This document shows, piece by piece, positions 24,997-64,000 of a DNA stretch of 64,000 bases. The stretch's first letter is position 1. Each line of letters starts with the position of its first letter. Position numbers and translations under genes: made by a program. The notes under the pieces were generated by a model. That model was not told where the DNA came from. It made no database searches and saw nothing but the letters and a program-made list of their open reading frames with translations. The DNA is from Euglena gracilis (lineage: Eukaryota): contig CP154954.1 in assembly GCA_039621445.1 (NCBI GenBank), positions 15,333,805 through 15,397,804 on the forward strand, given 5' to 3'.

Positions 24997-25290
24997 TCTA
25001 AAATCGGTGATTTTCGGGTCCAAAAAGTGGTCATTTTTTGCCATTTTTGGGCCATTTTTGACCAAAAAAGTGCTTTTTTGGCCGCGCGCAGAGCGCGCGG
25101 CCCCCAAATTTGCCATTTTGTGTCCGAAAATGGTCATTTTTGGTCATTTTTGGGCCTCAAAAAATCGCGATTTTTTCACCAAAATTTTTTTTCTTGGCTA
25201 TGCTAGGCACAGGGGGGGGGTCCAGGGGGGGGCGAGCGGCCGTGCGGGCGGCCGCGCAGGGGCCGCGCGGGGGGGGGGAGGGGGGCCAAG
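24997..25290. repeat. Partial third copy of the GGAGGCTAGG MITE core
   Basis: CTAAAATCGGTGATTTTCGGGTCC...CTATGCTAGGCACAG is the reverse complement of ~6450-6660. Confidence 0.85.
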
Positions 25291-25987
25291 CTGTGCCAGA
25301 AAAACTGGACAGAAAATGTTTCCCCCAACTGTGACCAACCTGTGGCACCAAAACGTTGCCCCACCTGTTGCACCAAACTGGCCCAAAATCAAACTGGATA
25401 CAATGTTTCCCCCATCTGTGGCCAAGATTTGTGGCCCACAGCTGTGCCCAAGGAGGCTAGGCGCGCCGGCACCCAAGCTGTGGGGCGAGTTTGGTTCCCC
25501 AGCCAGGTGGGGGGGGCCAGTTTTATTTTTTTCGGGGTCCTTGCCCAAAACCCTCCCTGTGGAGCCTCTGCCGGGTGTGCCTCGGTCAACTTTTAATTCT
25601 GTTCAGCTGGCGGAAACGTCGGTTTGCTCGTAGAAGCGAACGGGGGAACTCATCCGCGGTGGCCTTCCATACTGGTGCGACAAAATCCCTTTAGGGTAGC
25701 CGCAGACCCCCTCGTGTGTATAAAAAACGACTTAAATACAAAATGTTTTAAACTCTGCAATAAAAAACGAGTTTTAAACGCCAAGTGATTAAAATACCGG
25801 ACGATGCCTGCCCAAGACCACCCAAAAACTGCTAGGGGGTGTTCCCCCCGCGTCCCCCCCGCGTCCCCCCCGCGTCCCCCCCGCGTCCCGGATTTTGGCT
25901 GGGCACATTTTTTTGGTCGACCAAAGGAGAATTACATACAAAGTTGGGTAACACCAAAGAAAACGTGGGGGGTTGTCGGGCCACAGT

Positions 25988-26032
<45 letters not shown>

Positions 26033-27162
26033 CGTCCCGAACCACCCCCCCCTAAAATATGAATGCCACCTGTCTACAAACCCTTTTGGACACTTTTTGG
26101 CACTTTTTATTTTGGTTCCCCCAGACGCCGTTTTCACGCCCGAACCGGCGTCCCAGACGCCGGTTCGGGCATGAAACCGGAGCCCCCAGACACGGTTTCA
26201 AAACTCCACGGAACTATGAAGGCCATCACGTATTGTGCCCAATTTTTTTGGACACGCGATGGTCCATCCCCTACCGGCCACTTGGGCAACTTTTTCCCCG
26301 ACAAGACTGGGCATTGGAATTGATTTCCCATTTTTTGAACCCATGTTCCAGCCAACAGATGCATATCATGCAAATGAAACGTTGTTCCTTTTGGACACCC
26401 TTCAGGTGGTTCACCATCGACACTAACATTATTGGCAGCACTTTGTAACAAAAAATGGGCAGTGTACTCCAGCGCACTTATGTTTTCCATTTCACCTCCC
26501 CGTACAGCATAATTGTCCGCTGCAGGATGGAGAGTCCAAACGACGATCTAGCAAATGAATGTTTACAACAAAAAGTTGGACACCCAGATTTGGCTGGACA
26601 AAAGGGAAATGGGAAGGACAAGAGAACGTTGGATGCAACTACCACCCTAATGCATTCGCGTCGGATGGACAATTTGGATGACCCTTTTGTGGAAGAGGGA
26701 GGTGCAACGGAACTGGTTTCTCTTGTGCACGAAGGAAAGTTAATCATCGGGAGTTCGCAAATGAAGACAAACTTTCGTGTTAAAAAACGAGTTCAAAGAA
26801 CAAGGACGCGGTCAGTTGCACTGCACACTTTGGCGGAGAGGGGTGATTGCCATGTGATGTTGATGGGGATGCCCAAAGTGATGACGAGGATGACTTTGAC
26901 GAGGAATTCAAGAATGACAGTGACGATGATGAGGATGAGAGTGAACAGGAGGAATCGGAGATAAATATTCCAAAAATAAAATGACGGAGAGCAAATTTTT
27001 CAGAACAAGTGCAAAATTTTTAGAGACTTTTGGGCATTTTTTTTTGAGGGCGCTGGGCAAAATTTTTAATTTTTTGAGTTTTTGAGGGTTTTTTTTTGCA
27101 TTTTTGCTCTTTTTTTCAGTTTTCAGCACTTTTTGCACTTTTTCATTGTTTTGCATTGCATA

Positions 27163-27502
27163 CCATGCCCCGCCCGAGCTGTCCCCCCCCCCCCCAAGCT
27201 ATTCCCATAGGGGGGACGGGAATAGCTCGCTGTCATAGCACTTTTTACAAAGAACTTCCCAAAAAAGTGCTCAAAAATCGACTTTTTTGGGACGTCTTCC
27301 TAAAATCACTTTTTGGCAAAAGTGCTTAAAATTGACCTTTTTTGCGACCAGCCAAAAAAGTTGCCAAAAATGCCCCTTTTCGGGTTGTCCGAGGGTCGGG
27401 TATGGGAATAGCTCAGGGGGGGGGGGCCTTCCCCCCCGTACTGTTCCCATTGGGCCGTAAAGGGTCCCGGGGACGGGAATAGCTCGGGGGGGGGGGGCAT
27501 GG
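27163..27502. mobile_element. TA-flanked MITE (CCATGCCC...GGGCATGG)
   Basis: TIRs and AGCTATTCCC/GGGAATAGCT subrepeats. Confidence 0.78.
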
Positions 27503-27880
27503 TATTTTTGGGGGCTTGTTGTGTATCCCCTCAAGCTTGGTTCATTGGGGGGGGGGGATAACCCAACCACCTGAGCCTTCTCAAACCTCCATGGAGCCGA
27601 TTTTCAGGTAACAAAATTTTCCTTTGTCGCCAAAATAATTTTTGCTTGGGTGGTGTGGTGCTTGGGTCGGATGCGGAGCCGGAGCCCCTGGAAGGAGCGA
27701 GAGGTTGAATGGGACAGTGCCAAACTCGCGTCCTGGCTATTTTTTTTTGCCGGACCCGGGAAAAGTTTTTTTCACCAATTACCGCACACTGGAGTGCAGT
27801 TTGGATGAACGTGCCAAGCGCACACGTGGCAATTTCAGGGAAATCTCGGCCGTGGTCCAGGAGGGACGGAAGCCAGGATG

Positions 27881-28463
27881 GGGGGGGTTGGCACACCCCT
27901 CCCCCCCCCTCTCCAAGGGGCTCGCCACGCCATTCCCCCCCCTCGCCACGCCACCCGTTACATTTTCAATCTTGCAACCATGGTACACCCCCCCCCTCCG
28001 AGACCCCCTTGCCACGCCATTTACCCCCCTATTCGGACCCCCTCGGAGGCTAGGCACAGCGGGGGGGGGGGGGTGGGGGGGGGGGCGGGGGGGCCGGGGG
28101 GGGGGGGGGGGGGGAGGGGGGTCCGAGGGCGGCCGTGCGGGCGGCGCGCATCCTAAAATCGGTGATTTTCGGGTCCAGAAAGTGGTCATTTTTTGCCATT
28201 TTGGGCCATTTTTGACCAAAAAAGTGCTTTTTTTGGCCGCGCGCAGAGCGCGCAGCCCCCAAATTTGCTATTTTATGTCCGAAAATGGTCATTTTTGGTC
28301 TTTTTTGGGGCCTCAAAAAAGTCTGTGCTAGGCACAGTGGGGGGAGGGGGGGTCCAGGGGGGGGGGGGCGAGCGGCCGTGCAGGGGCTGCAGGGGGGGGG
28401 GTCCCGGACCCCCCCCCGAGCGGCGCGCCTAGCCTCCCTCGCCACGGCGTACCAACCCCCCCC
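27881..28463. mobile_element. Related MITE (reverse orientation), 3-bp TSD ATG, carrying a nested element
   Basis: atg|GGGGGGGTTGGCAC...GTACCAACCCCCCCC|atg, with CTCGCCACGCC subrepeats. Confidence 0.75.
28045..28437. mobile_element. Second copy of the GGAGGCTAGG MITE, TSD CTC
   Basis: ctc|GGAGGCTAGGC...GCCTAGCCTCC|ctc. Confidence 0.85.
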
Positions 28464-29573
28464 ATGGCAAGCCAAATGTTACCAGTTTTGAGGTTCAGTT
28501 TGGGGCTCAGGCAGGCGTAAACTTGCGCTTCTCTCTTTCTCGTTCTCTTTGCCTTTTGCAGCTTTTCTCTCCCAACGATGCATTTGAGAGTTTCGTTTAC
28601 ATTTGTTTTAACGCTTGCGTTCCGGCTGGGGTTTGAAAATAAAACTGCCTCAAAAAGGAAAGAAGCAGTCCTTGAAGCACATTTATGCCAAAAGCCAAAA
28701 AGAGGAGAGCCATCTTCAAGGTGTAAAAGAGCCAACAAGGTGTAAAAGGGATAACAATATCTCTTTCTTTTGATGCAAATGTGGGGGCTGCATTGTTTTT
28801 CAGGTTGAGTTTCCCATAATGCTTTCTAATGGCCTGGTATCCAAACCTGTTCCTAAAACCCCAACCCCTGAATCAACCATTTTTGGTGTGACGTTAAAAT
28901 AATCTGAAAACACTTCCTTTTTTTTGCAGTACAAACAGACAAAGTACAGAACAAACAAACATGTTTGTGTGTTCTTCACAACATCCATTGGACACGCCTC
29001 ACTCATACAGTTGCAATTGCCCCCAAATCACAGTTTGGTGAAAACAGTGGCTGCATAACCTTGGCAGTGGAAGTTTTAGTGCAGGGTGGAGAACACAACG
29101 GACTGGCAATCCAGTGGCTTGGCAATACAGTGACAATCCAGTATGGTAGCAGTGGGAGTGCAACTTTTTTTCAATTATTCGTTTTAACAAAAACACCGTT
29201 ATTGTGAATTGAAATGAAAAGCGTTTTTTGGCTTCCTAGTTTGTCTTCACACTCATGCTGTCCCGTCAAAGATAGGAAAGGAAAGGTCTCCCCCCTTAGT
29301 TCTTAGTCTTAGTCCTCAGTCCAAAGTGGACACAAATCGTTTGGTTTCAGCAAATCTATTCAGAAGGGGAAAATACACAAGGCAATGCATTTTAGGTCCA
29401 CATTGAGGGGAAACGGGCTGGCCCAGCAGCCCAACTGCAAAGAAACATCGGACACTTTTTCAGATTTGGGGAGTTGGATCCAATGTGCACAACGTAAAGC
29501 TATCTAACCGGTATAAAATGAACTCTGGAACAGTTCAAGGATCGTGGAGTGGTACCTTTGCCGGCCTGGAACC

Positions 29574-55862
<26,289 letters not shown>

Positions 55863-56790
55863 GCGACCGCCGCGCCGCGCGGCGAGGGAGAGCCCGACCC
55901 AGGCACCCGTCCCCAGTGAGCTGGCGTGTACCTGTTCCACGCAGTACGCTGTTCCACTCGATTCAGGAGGCAACAATTGTTATTATTCTTCTTCTTCTTC
56001 CTTTGCTTTCAAACGTTGGGCTGGATCCTGCCCATCCACGTTCTCGATCTTTTGTCCAGATCGAGTCAAATGTTTTGATCCTTGAATGACTCACAATCTC
56101 CAACTTTGCCCAAGAACCTGGGTAGCCCCTCTCAAGAAAGGGCACAACGCTTGCTGGAGCGCACCTCCATCATGCACAAAAGGTTTGCTGCATCCAGGGG
56201 GGATATAAGTTGCATCATTTGCATTTTTTTTTGCATTTTTTTGCATTGCATATTTTGAGGTGCCTCGTTGCATACCCCCCCTGGCCTTAGATAGTCCAGG
56301 TATTAAAAAATGGGCACTGAATCAGAGCCTCTCCCATCAGCAACAGCCTTTCTACAGAACCCCCCCTCCTGTGGGGGGCTGGGTGGTATGGGCAGGCCGG
56401 GGGAGGGAGGCATTCTTCGACCCCTGCAGGAACCTCTGTTTCAAAGTAGTCTTTCGGAGGCGTGGGCCAATTCTTTCTGCTGATTCCACCCTATTCCCAA
56501 CCTCGACACAGCATGTCGGTTTGGACAGTTCGCTGGCACTCACACACGGGGATCGCTGTCCATCGCTGTTACACGACAGACTCAGAAGCCTGTGGCAGGG
56601 TCCGCGCCGTGTGCGCGGGCCCCTTCCTACCCCTGACCCTGCCCCTACCCGGGTGCAGATGCGAGCGAAACCCAGGCGGCTGCATGACAACGCGAGCACC
56701 TTTTCCCTTCAATTGCGTCAGAGCCAGAGACGTTTCCAGTTTGGCGACCTGGGGGATGGGTGGGTCCAGCCCAGCGTAGGGCCGAGTGAG

Positions 56791-57183
56791 TAAACCCTCC
56801 CCCCAAATAATACCCCCCCCCCAAATAATACCCCCCCCCCTCGGGCTGCTGAAATAATACCCCCCCCCCGGTTTCGGGCCAAAGGCCCGGATTTTTGACC
56901 TGAAAATGTAGTTAAAAATCACAATCTCTTACAACAAATTACAAAAAAAATCGATTTTTCTGGATCATCTGGCCTCCAAAAAGAAATGGTAAATTTCATG
57001 AGAAAGTACAAAAAATGATCCCAAAGGGGCGTTTTGGCGCTATTTTTGCTCCTACGGGACTTCAAAAAAATTTCGAAAATTTTTGGGAAATAATACCCCC
57101 CCCCCAAATAATACCCCCCTCCCTCGGGCCGGGACTCGGGCAAAAAAATAATACCCCGGGGGGGTATTATTTGGGGGGTTTTA
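56791..57183. mobile_element. Second copy of the AAATAATACCCC MITE
   Basis: Shares the core CCGGATTTTTGACCTGAAAATGTAG...; TA at both ends. Confidence 0.85.
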
Positions 57184-57373
57184 CCCTTTCGAAGAGGAGT
57201 TTGCCCCCCCGAGTTTTCGTGAACCCCAAAATTAACTCCCAATCCCCCTCCAGGGGTGGGTGGGTGTGGTAGACCCTCCCCCCAATCCTGGGGTCTTTTA
57301 AAACCTCTGGCTAGAGCGTGAAAAATTTCGAAGGCTGCCGCCTCCCAGCAGGTTGCGCCCAATGGTGTTCGTC

Positions 57374-57423
57374 ATTATTATTATCATCATCATCATCGTT
57401 GTTGTTGTTGTTATTATATTATT

Positions 57424-57483
<60 letters not shown>

Positions 57484-57512
57484 ATTATTATTATTATCAT
57501 TATTATTATTAT
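57374..57512. repeat. (TTG)n/(TTA)n/(TCA)n trinucleotide repeat
   Basis: Direct reading. Confidence 0.97.
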
Positions 57513-59649
57513 TTGCCATCACCGTTTCTGTTCTGTCAAGCATGACGGATGCCTGGGATCAGTGTTTGCCATGTAAAATAGCCTTGGGTTATTTGCAGGG
57601 CAGGCTTTTGTTGGCTGCAATCCACCGGCGGACAGACCGTGTTAAACCTGTGCTTGTGTCCGGTGAGCCCTGCGTTCACCAAAAATGGAGTTTTCACCCC
57701 CAGGGCTGTGTAGGAATCCCCAAAGCCACATGGAGGGCGAACCCTCCCCTCCAAGCCTTCTCGTATTTCCGCTGATTTTCGTTCAAAAACGATTCTTTTG
57801 CAGCTTTCGATTTTTTTTTTTGCGTGGTGCCTTGGTGTGGGGTCGACCTTCCCCCCAGGTGGGGGGTCCGACCCCCCACTGCGCATTCCCGTGCAGCCTT
57901 GTTGGCCCCCCACAGCCCCGGGCGCACAAGAAATATAAGGTCTCTCAAGTCCCCCCACCCCACCCCAAAGGGTGGGCAGTGGGGGGGGCGGGCACCTCCT
58001 CAGGGCCTAAAAAAAGTTGACTGTAACCATTACGTAATGAAGGGTCGAACCTCCTTCTCCCCTGTCAGCAGCTTCCGGCGCCACGCGCCACATTTTTTCA
58101 GGCAGACCCCCAACCCATCACGAACCTGCGGCGGACACGGGGCCAATGGTGGCATTTGAGGTTCTTCCACATACCAACAACCTTCCTAAAGGTTTTTTTA
58201 GTCTTGGACCCCTGGGGGGGGGTCGGTTGGGTGGGTCCGGCCGAGCCCCCCCCCCCCCAGGGGGTCCCCCCAGGGGGGATATACTTTTCGGCGCTTTTGG
58301 CGCCAAATTTTTTTTTGAAATGGTGAAATTTTAGCATTATTCGCGATTTTTGGTCATTTTCAGGGAAAAGTGGGTGGGTCCCCCAGGACCCCGGGGGGGG
58401 GGGGGGGGGTCTGACCCCGGTCTTAAAAAAAAAACCCCTGAACCTGCCCGCCTTCTTTTGCCATTAGCCCGAGCACCGTCAAACTCAACATGGGGACGGT
58501 GTCGTCAGTGCGGTTGGGGGGGGGGGGCGGGGGAGGGGTGGCCACCCCTGGGTCCGGGGTGGGGGTGGGGCGTGGCACAAGCCTGGGAAGGCCACGAGCG
58601 GCTTACCCAGCGGGCGTTGCCGAGGGGAGGACCGCCTTCCCTCCCGCTGCCCGGCACCCTGTCCCCTCCCTGACCCTCCCGACACCGTGCTGCACACCCA
58701 ACCGGCTGATTCCCCCCCGCCCCGGAGGGGGCTGCCTGCCTGGAGACACTCCAAGGCGCCTCGATCCTGGGGAGGGGGGATCGGGAACACGGAAAAGATT
58801 GCCTGGGCATTCAGCTCAGGCACTCTGGTGCCGAGGGCGGTGCAAGTCCGGAAGAAACAATTTCTGGCGCAACTCTGTCCTGCCGCCCCGTGGGGGGGGG
58901 AACAGGGTTCGATCCAGGGGGGGGGTGCCCCAGCTTTAGGTGGGGGGTGTCCCCCCCCCTTGACCATGGGGAGGAGGGGCAGGGTCCTGACCACCACCCC
59001 ACCTGCCAAGGGGCCATCCAACCAACCCTGGGGGGATTGCGGGACCACCCGAAATGGTCGAATTTTTCCTGCTGGCACTCTCTTGCCAAAAAATCCTGCA
59101 ATTTCGAGGAAATTTGACCCAACAGTGTCCAAAGTTGCATTTTAGGTGGTGGCCTCCCAGCCCACTGTTCCAGAACCCTTCAAACTGTCATCCCCCTGCC
59201 ACCCATGTTCATTTAGGCACTTGACCAGGAATGTCAAAAACGAAACACCAACAGATGGAGATTTTGTGCTGGCTTGAATTTTGGGCGTAGAATTCTGGCT
59301 GGTTAGCTGGTTCAAATCAGCTTGCACCCAACCCCGTCCACCCGTCGCACGTTTTATATACTCCCTGATTCATGCGCATACTCCCTGTGCCAAATACTGC
59401 TATCTCACTTGAGAAGTGAGCTGGCAGCAGCGGTGGTGGGGGGGGGGGCGTTGCGGCCTGAGCAACAGCCCCTGCCTTCCCCCTGCCCCCCCTTGCCGGG
59501 CCAGATTCGCCACGCTGCACTCCTGCTCCAGGCTTTGGGAAACGACCACGCCCGCAGGACAGTCCACAGGACGAGCAGCTATTGTTGAAGCCCAACCCTT
59601 CAGCCCTTTTACTCAGTTCTCCCCCACAACCCCGAAGCCTGTGTTGCTC

Positions 59650-60450
59650 TTGTGCGACCGAGTCATGTTGCGTGTTATAATGCACTGAAATCATCAACCT
59701 TTCTCAACCCAACAAGACCCTCTCATGCTCTTGTGAATGAAGAATCGTGGAGGAGCGTTGACAGATTCGCTCCCTCCATGCACAATCACCACCTCTGGAT
59801 GGACGCCCTGGCGCTGTGGAGACTGGACAGCCCAAACGTGTCATCGGCCCATTGGAGTGATTGTTGGTGTGGATGATCAACATCCGCATCTTTTGTTGAT
59901 GTTGATCCCCAGCCCAGTACCCAGTGATAAATGGCGTCCTGTGCTCTTGTGGGGGGATTTGTTGAATAGGGGCATTAGGGTTTTTTTTTTTAACCAATGC
60001 ACAAAGATATCCAACACCATGACTTCCTCTCCTCAAGGAGGCGATGCTCATCCTTGCCCCCCCAAGGTTAGATCAGACTTGTTACGAATGTGCGCAACCA
60101 TAACATCCGAAAGCTGGCAATTGTCAGAGATTTCTGGGAGATCAAAAAAAAATGAACGGGCTTGGGCTGTAAAGTTCCCCTTCTTCATCCGGATATTTCT
60201 GCTTTTTCAAGTCTGAGAGGGGCCTGACCTCGCCACGCTTTGTAACAACCCGACAAAATGTCACTCCTGGCATGCCCGCCCATTGATACACGCCACATCG
60301 AATGCACAGCCACGGTGCAAATCCATTCCTGCAGGTGGCACTGCATCCTTTTTTGTCTCAAAACCATTCCCTGTCTCCTCGAATGGAATCCTGAATGAGC
60401 ACCTTCATTCGACCACTGACTGTTTTCCTTCAGAAACTGTACCCTCAGAA
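59650..60450 (-). pseudogene. Degraded LINE-type reverse transcriptase fragment
   Basis: Minus strand reads QQSLQWADDTFGLSS (YADD-like motif, ~59820-59865), preceded by VLDIFVHWL and HSGF-like motifs, with stops and frameshifts. Confidence 0.5.
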
Positions 60451-61926
60451 GACTGACTAGCATGAATTGCGCAACAGGTGTTCCTCCCGTGTTTAGGAGA
60501 ACATCATCAACATCATTATTATGCGTCACAGGGTTGTATTATATTTTGGTCTCCAAGTCGTTCCCCCCCCATCCTTGTCCCTGAACAGCACATTTCAACA
60601 GCTCCCTTTTCATTTCCCTTCCTCATCTGCCCATCAAAACCCAAACTCACTGAAAGAAACCTCGAACTGGGAGATGAACTGGGTCAAATATTCGGGGGGA
60701 GTGTCAATGGATTGGACATGACAAGCTCGCTAAAAGAGCGTCTGCCATCCATCAGAGTGTGGAGAGGGGCGACAATGGCCACACACACAGACACATCAGT
60801 GGCTGCAAGGTGCTGGGTTGGTTGGCTTTAGGCCCCCCCACCCCGAGAAACTGTCATGCCCGAGACCCCCCCCCCCCGGGGAAACTGTCAGGGTCCCCGT
60901 TAGTGGCCAACCTGTCAGGGTGGAAAGTTGTCAGGGTCCTCGGTCAGGGTCAGGGTCATTTTCATTGACTTTCCCTTGAAATGCCCTCCCCGGGAAAGTG
61001 TCAGGGTCTTTGGTGCTGGCCAACCTGTCATGATAGGAAGTTGTCAGGGTCCCCGGCACCGGCCAATTGTCAGGTGACAGGCCAATTGTCAGGTGACAGT
61101 TTCCCGTGGGGGGGGGAGGTATTGAACTTCACTGCAATACCACCTGGCCAGATTTTCAAAATTCTCGAGGTGCAGAGGCAGAGGAACGAAACAAAGCAAC
61201 AAAAAATTCTCAAAAAGGAGGGCTCAGGAAGTGGAAAATACGTCAAACGCAGCAAATTGGTGTGGCATGCGCACGCTACAGACAATTTGTGGCCAGCTTC
61301 CCTGCTTCCCTGTGGAAAATGAGGTGCATGTATTCACTTAACACCTGTGTGAACCCCGGGGGGTGGGTGGTTTTTGGGGCCTCTGGACCCTCCCTTGGGG
61401 GTGGGGTGCGCCATGGGTCAGGTTTTTTGCCGAAGGCCGGGCCGTAAATTTTTTCTGTGTTTTTGGCCAATTTTGGCTGGATTTTGGGTTGGAGGGTGGG
61501 TGGGTTGTTGACCCCCCCGGGGGGGGGGGGGTGTGGGTGGGTGGGTGGGTTTTTGAAAAAAGTGGGTTTTTGAAAAAAGTGGGTTTTTGAAAAAGTGGGT
61601 GGGCCCAGGAAAAGGTTTCCACCCAGGGTCACTAACAGGCCGTATTTTAGTCGGGTGCCGACCCCACCCTGGGGGGGGGCCTGCTTGGGCAGGCACCCCA
61701 AGGCACTCCAAATCCGACCCCCCCGGGGGGGGGGTAGGGCACACGGCCGAAAGTGCCCTAGCACAGACCCAGCGCCGAAGTTGCTGGGGAGCCGAAAATG
61801 GCCTATTTTCAAAGGAATGTGCCTGGGCACGGGCCGAATTCCAACCCCCCCCCCCATGGGCAGGCACTCACAGGCACTCCGGACCCCTGCTCCCCCCCGG
61901 GGTTGGTAAAAGCAGCCTGGTGACTA

Positions 61927-62650
61927 CCGGGGAGGGAAAAACTCTGACCGGGAACAATTGCCGACGTGAAAAATTCTGCCACCTGTCAAAATTCTGCCAC
62001 CCGGGGAAAAGTATTGGACGAATCCTTAAAATGCCGGGAAAAATCCTGAACGCTCGCTTAAACCAAGTGGGAAAAAATATTGGACAGCTGAAAAAAAACC
62101 GCAGAGGTTTTGCGCCAACCAGCAGTTGAACGAGAAAGCATGGCTGCACCTGGTGAAACCAAACAGAAAGCTTACATTCCGCTGGGGTGATAAGACTGCC
62201 GTGTTGACAGACACAAAGCGGTTTCTGGCACACAACTTATGCACAGGGTCTCTTTGGGGTGGAGTGCACGCTGTGGGCTAACGCACGCTTCAAAAGGGTT
62301 TGGGGCGGTTGGGAAGGACAGCTTCCTGGCAGGGTTGTTTTTTTTCTGTCCCTTGGGTTTTGATTGCAAGCAGACATAAAAAAAATGAAATTTACAAAAT
62401 AATTTTGAAGAGCAGAGGCAGGAGGTACAACAACGATTCCTGAGAGGAAGAAGAATTCCTGCTGCAAATCGGCGCGCAGCGCCGAAGATTTTTTTTGGGG
62501 GTCATTCACTGGAGGAAATTTGTCTTTCCTTAAATCTGCCAGGAAAAATCCTGGACGGATCCTTAAAACGGCGGGAAAAATCCTGGACAAAATTTCGTCC
62601 AGAATTTTTCCCACAACATTTTTTCCCGTACAAGTTTTTTCCCCCTCCGG
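61927..62650. mobile_element. TA-flanked TIR element (CCGG...CCGG)
   Basis: ta|CCGGGGAGGGAAAAACT...AGTTTTTTCCCCCTCCGG|ta, with repeated GGGAAAAATCCTG motifs. Confidence 0.65.
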
Positions 62651-64000
62651 TAAGTGAATCTATGGTGAGGAGGCCACGAGCCCCAATTCTCCCTTTTTTT
62701 GCGCAAGCCCGCTGAATGCAGTGCCACTTCATTTCGCCTTATTCCCCTCCCCCCGTGCACCCCTCCCCCCACCATATCCAGGGATGCAGGAGCTAACCCT
62801 GCGGGACTCAACAGCTGTTCAATCAAGGGGCTCTGGGCACTTCACAGTCTCTGCGTGGGTGGGGGATTTGTGTGCGGATCGGGAACACGAAAATCGAAAC
62901 ATCTGTGCATATTTTCAGATTTCATGTCCAAAGCCTTTTTTTTATACCCTGCCTTTCCAGCATTTGGGGAGTCTCACGCCAGAAATGTTCCATTTTTTTT
63001 CTGTTCATTTTTTCTTGATTTGTCAAAAAACACCACCTGTAAACATATTTGTATGGCATTTTTGAACCTTTTTTCCAAACATTTTCATGGAAGACACCAC
63101 AGTTTTTTCCTCCACTTTGTAATTTCTTCCCCTTTGGAGGGGTCTGGAACCCCCCCCCCCCACAAAGGCTGTACAGGAAGGTTTGGTGGGGGGGACGCCA
63201 CCATGGCAACACCCAATAAAATTCCTTCGGCACTGAAGGCACCGAAGGAAGATTTCGACCTACAAATCGGTGCCCGCGGAAGTGCGGGAAGGGGTGGGGG
63301 CGGTCGACCCCACCCTCACAGGGTTTCGGGGATTTCGTATGGTACAGGTTCGAGATGAGCTGGTGAGGTCCCCGTTGAAACCCCAGGCCCCCAGACATCG
63401 AGCCCCCTGGCCGGCGCAGTGTAGGACCCCCCCCCACCCGTGCCGCGCCTTGCTTCGCCCGAGAGCCCAGGGAGGCAGCACAGCCTTCTCCCAGCCTGGA
63501 GCCGGTTCGCAGTGAGCTTGGGTTCTGAGCCTTCATTAGATTCAGTGCAGAAGGTGCCCAGCCGGGCTCCCAAGGAAATGCCCAGGCATGTGATGCGACT
63601 GCGAACTGCAACAATGGTCCATCAAAAGGGTTTCTTGTTGAATGTCCGGTGGCATGGTCCACCTGCGATTAGCTCTTTCTCTCCTTTGTTTGTGGTATGG
63701 CTCACAAAGGGTACTCAGGAATTTGGAGTTCAACTCCTCCCTCAAATAGCCCTCGGTCTGCTTTCTGGGTGGTTGCTGAAAACACCAAGGTTTGTAATTT
63801 TGGGGGTCCAAAAAGTTTTTTTGGGGGGAGTTTTGCTACCCCTCATGTCCAACAACTACCTTTTGCTACCCCCCCCCCTATGATTATCCCCCCCGCCCAG
63901 TCGAGGGACTTCTTTCGAAGGTTTGGCTGGTCCATGTATTTTTTTGACGTCTTATCTGACGACGGTCCCCCAGTCGGAGGACACCTTCTGGTGTCATAAC

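Noticed and set aside
26455-26964. 169-aa ORF with an acidic tail in another frame
   Set aside because: Possibly a decayed transposon gene end, but I recognise no diagnostic motif.
57298-57775. Poly-Leu / poly-Cys / poly-Asn ORFs
   Set aside because: Trinucleotide microsatellite artefacts.

Overview
Repeat-dense eukaryotic nuclear DNA, most likely from a euglenid. This is inferred from the intron type and gene family. Three layers are visible. (1) One large + strand gene (~29574-55862, at least 28 short exons) encodes a receptor-type class III adenylate cyclase (TM - extracellular domain - TM - HAMP - cyclase - WDGVF tail). None of the intron junctions I could resolve is GT-AG. They are euglenid-type non-conventional introns with base-paired ends (+4..+6 pairs with -8..-6), and this rule rebuilds the reading frame across most junctions. 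(2) A CRE-clade (RT plus restriction-like endonuclease) non-LTR retroelement at 11842-17351 has an unusual build: ~270-bp terminal inverted repeats ending in a multi-hairpin structure, no poly(A) tail, a 5' array of ~15 GNRA-tetraloop hairpins, and a T2A-like StopGo peptide (LLTCGDIESNPGP) ahead of the RT region. Its ORF carries two frameshifts and one in-frame stop. (3) Many nested TIR mini-elements (TA, 3-bp and 8-bp target duplications), microsatellites, and decayed Helitron, CRE and LINE fragments. Most ORFs in the supplied track are artefacts of repeats. All alignments, translations and folds were done by eye.
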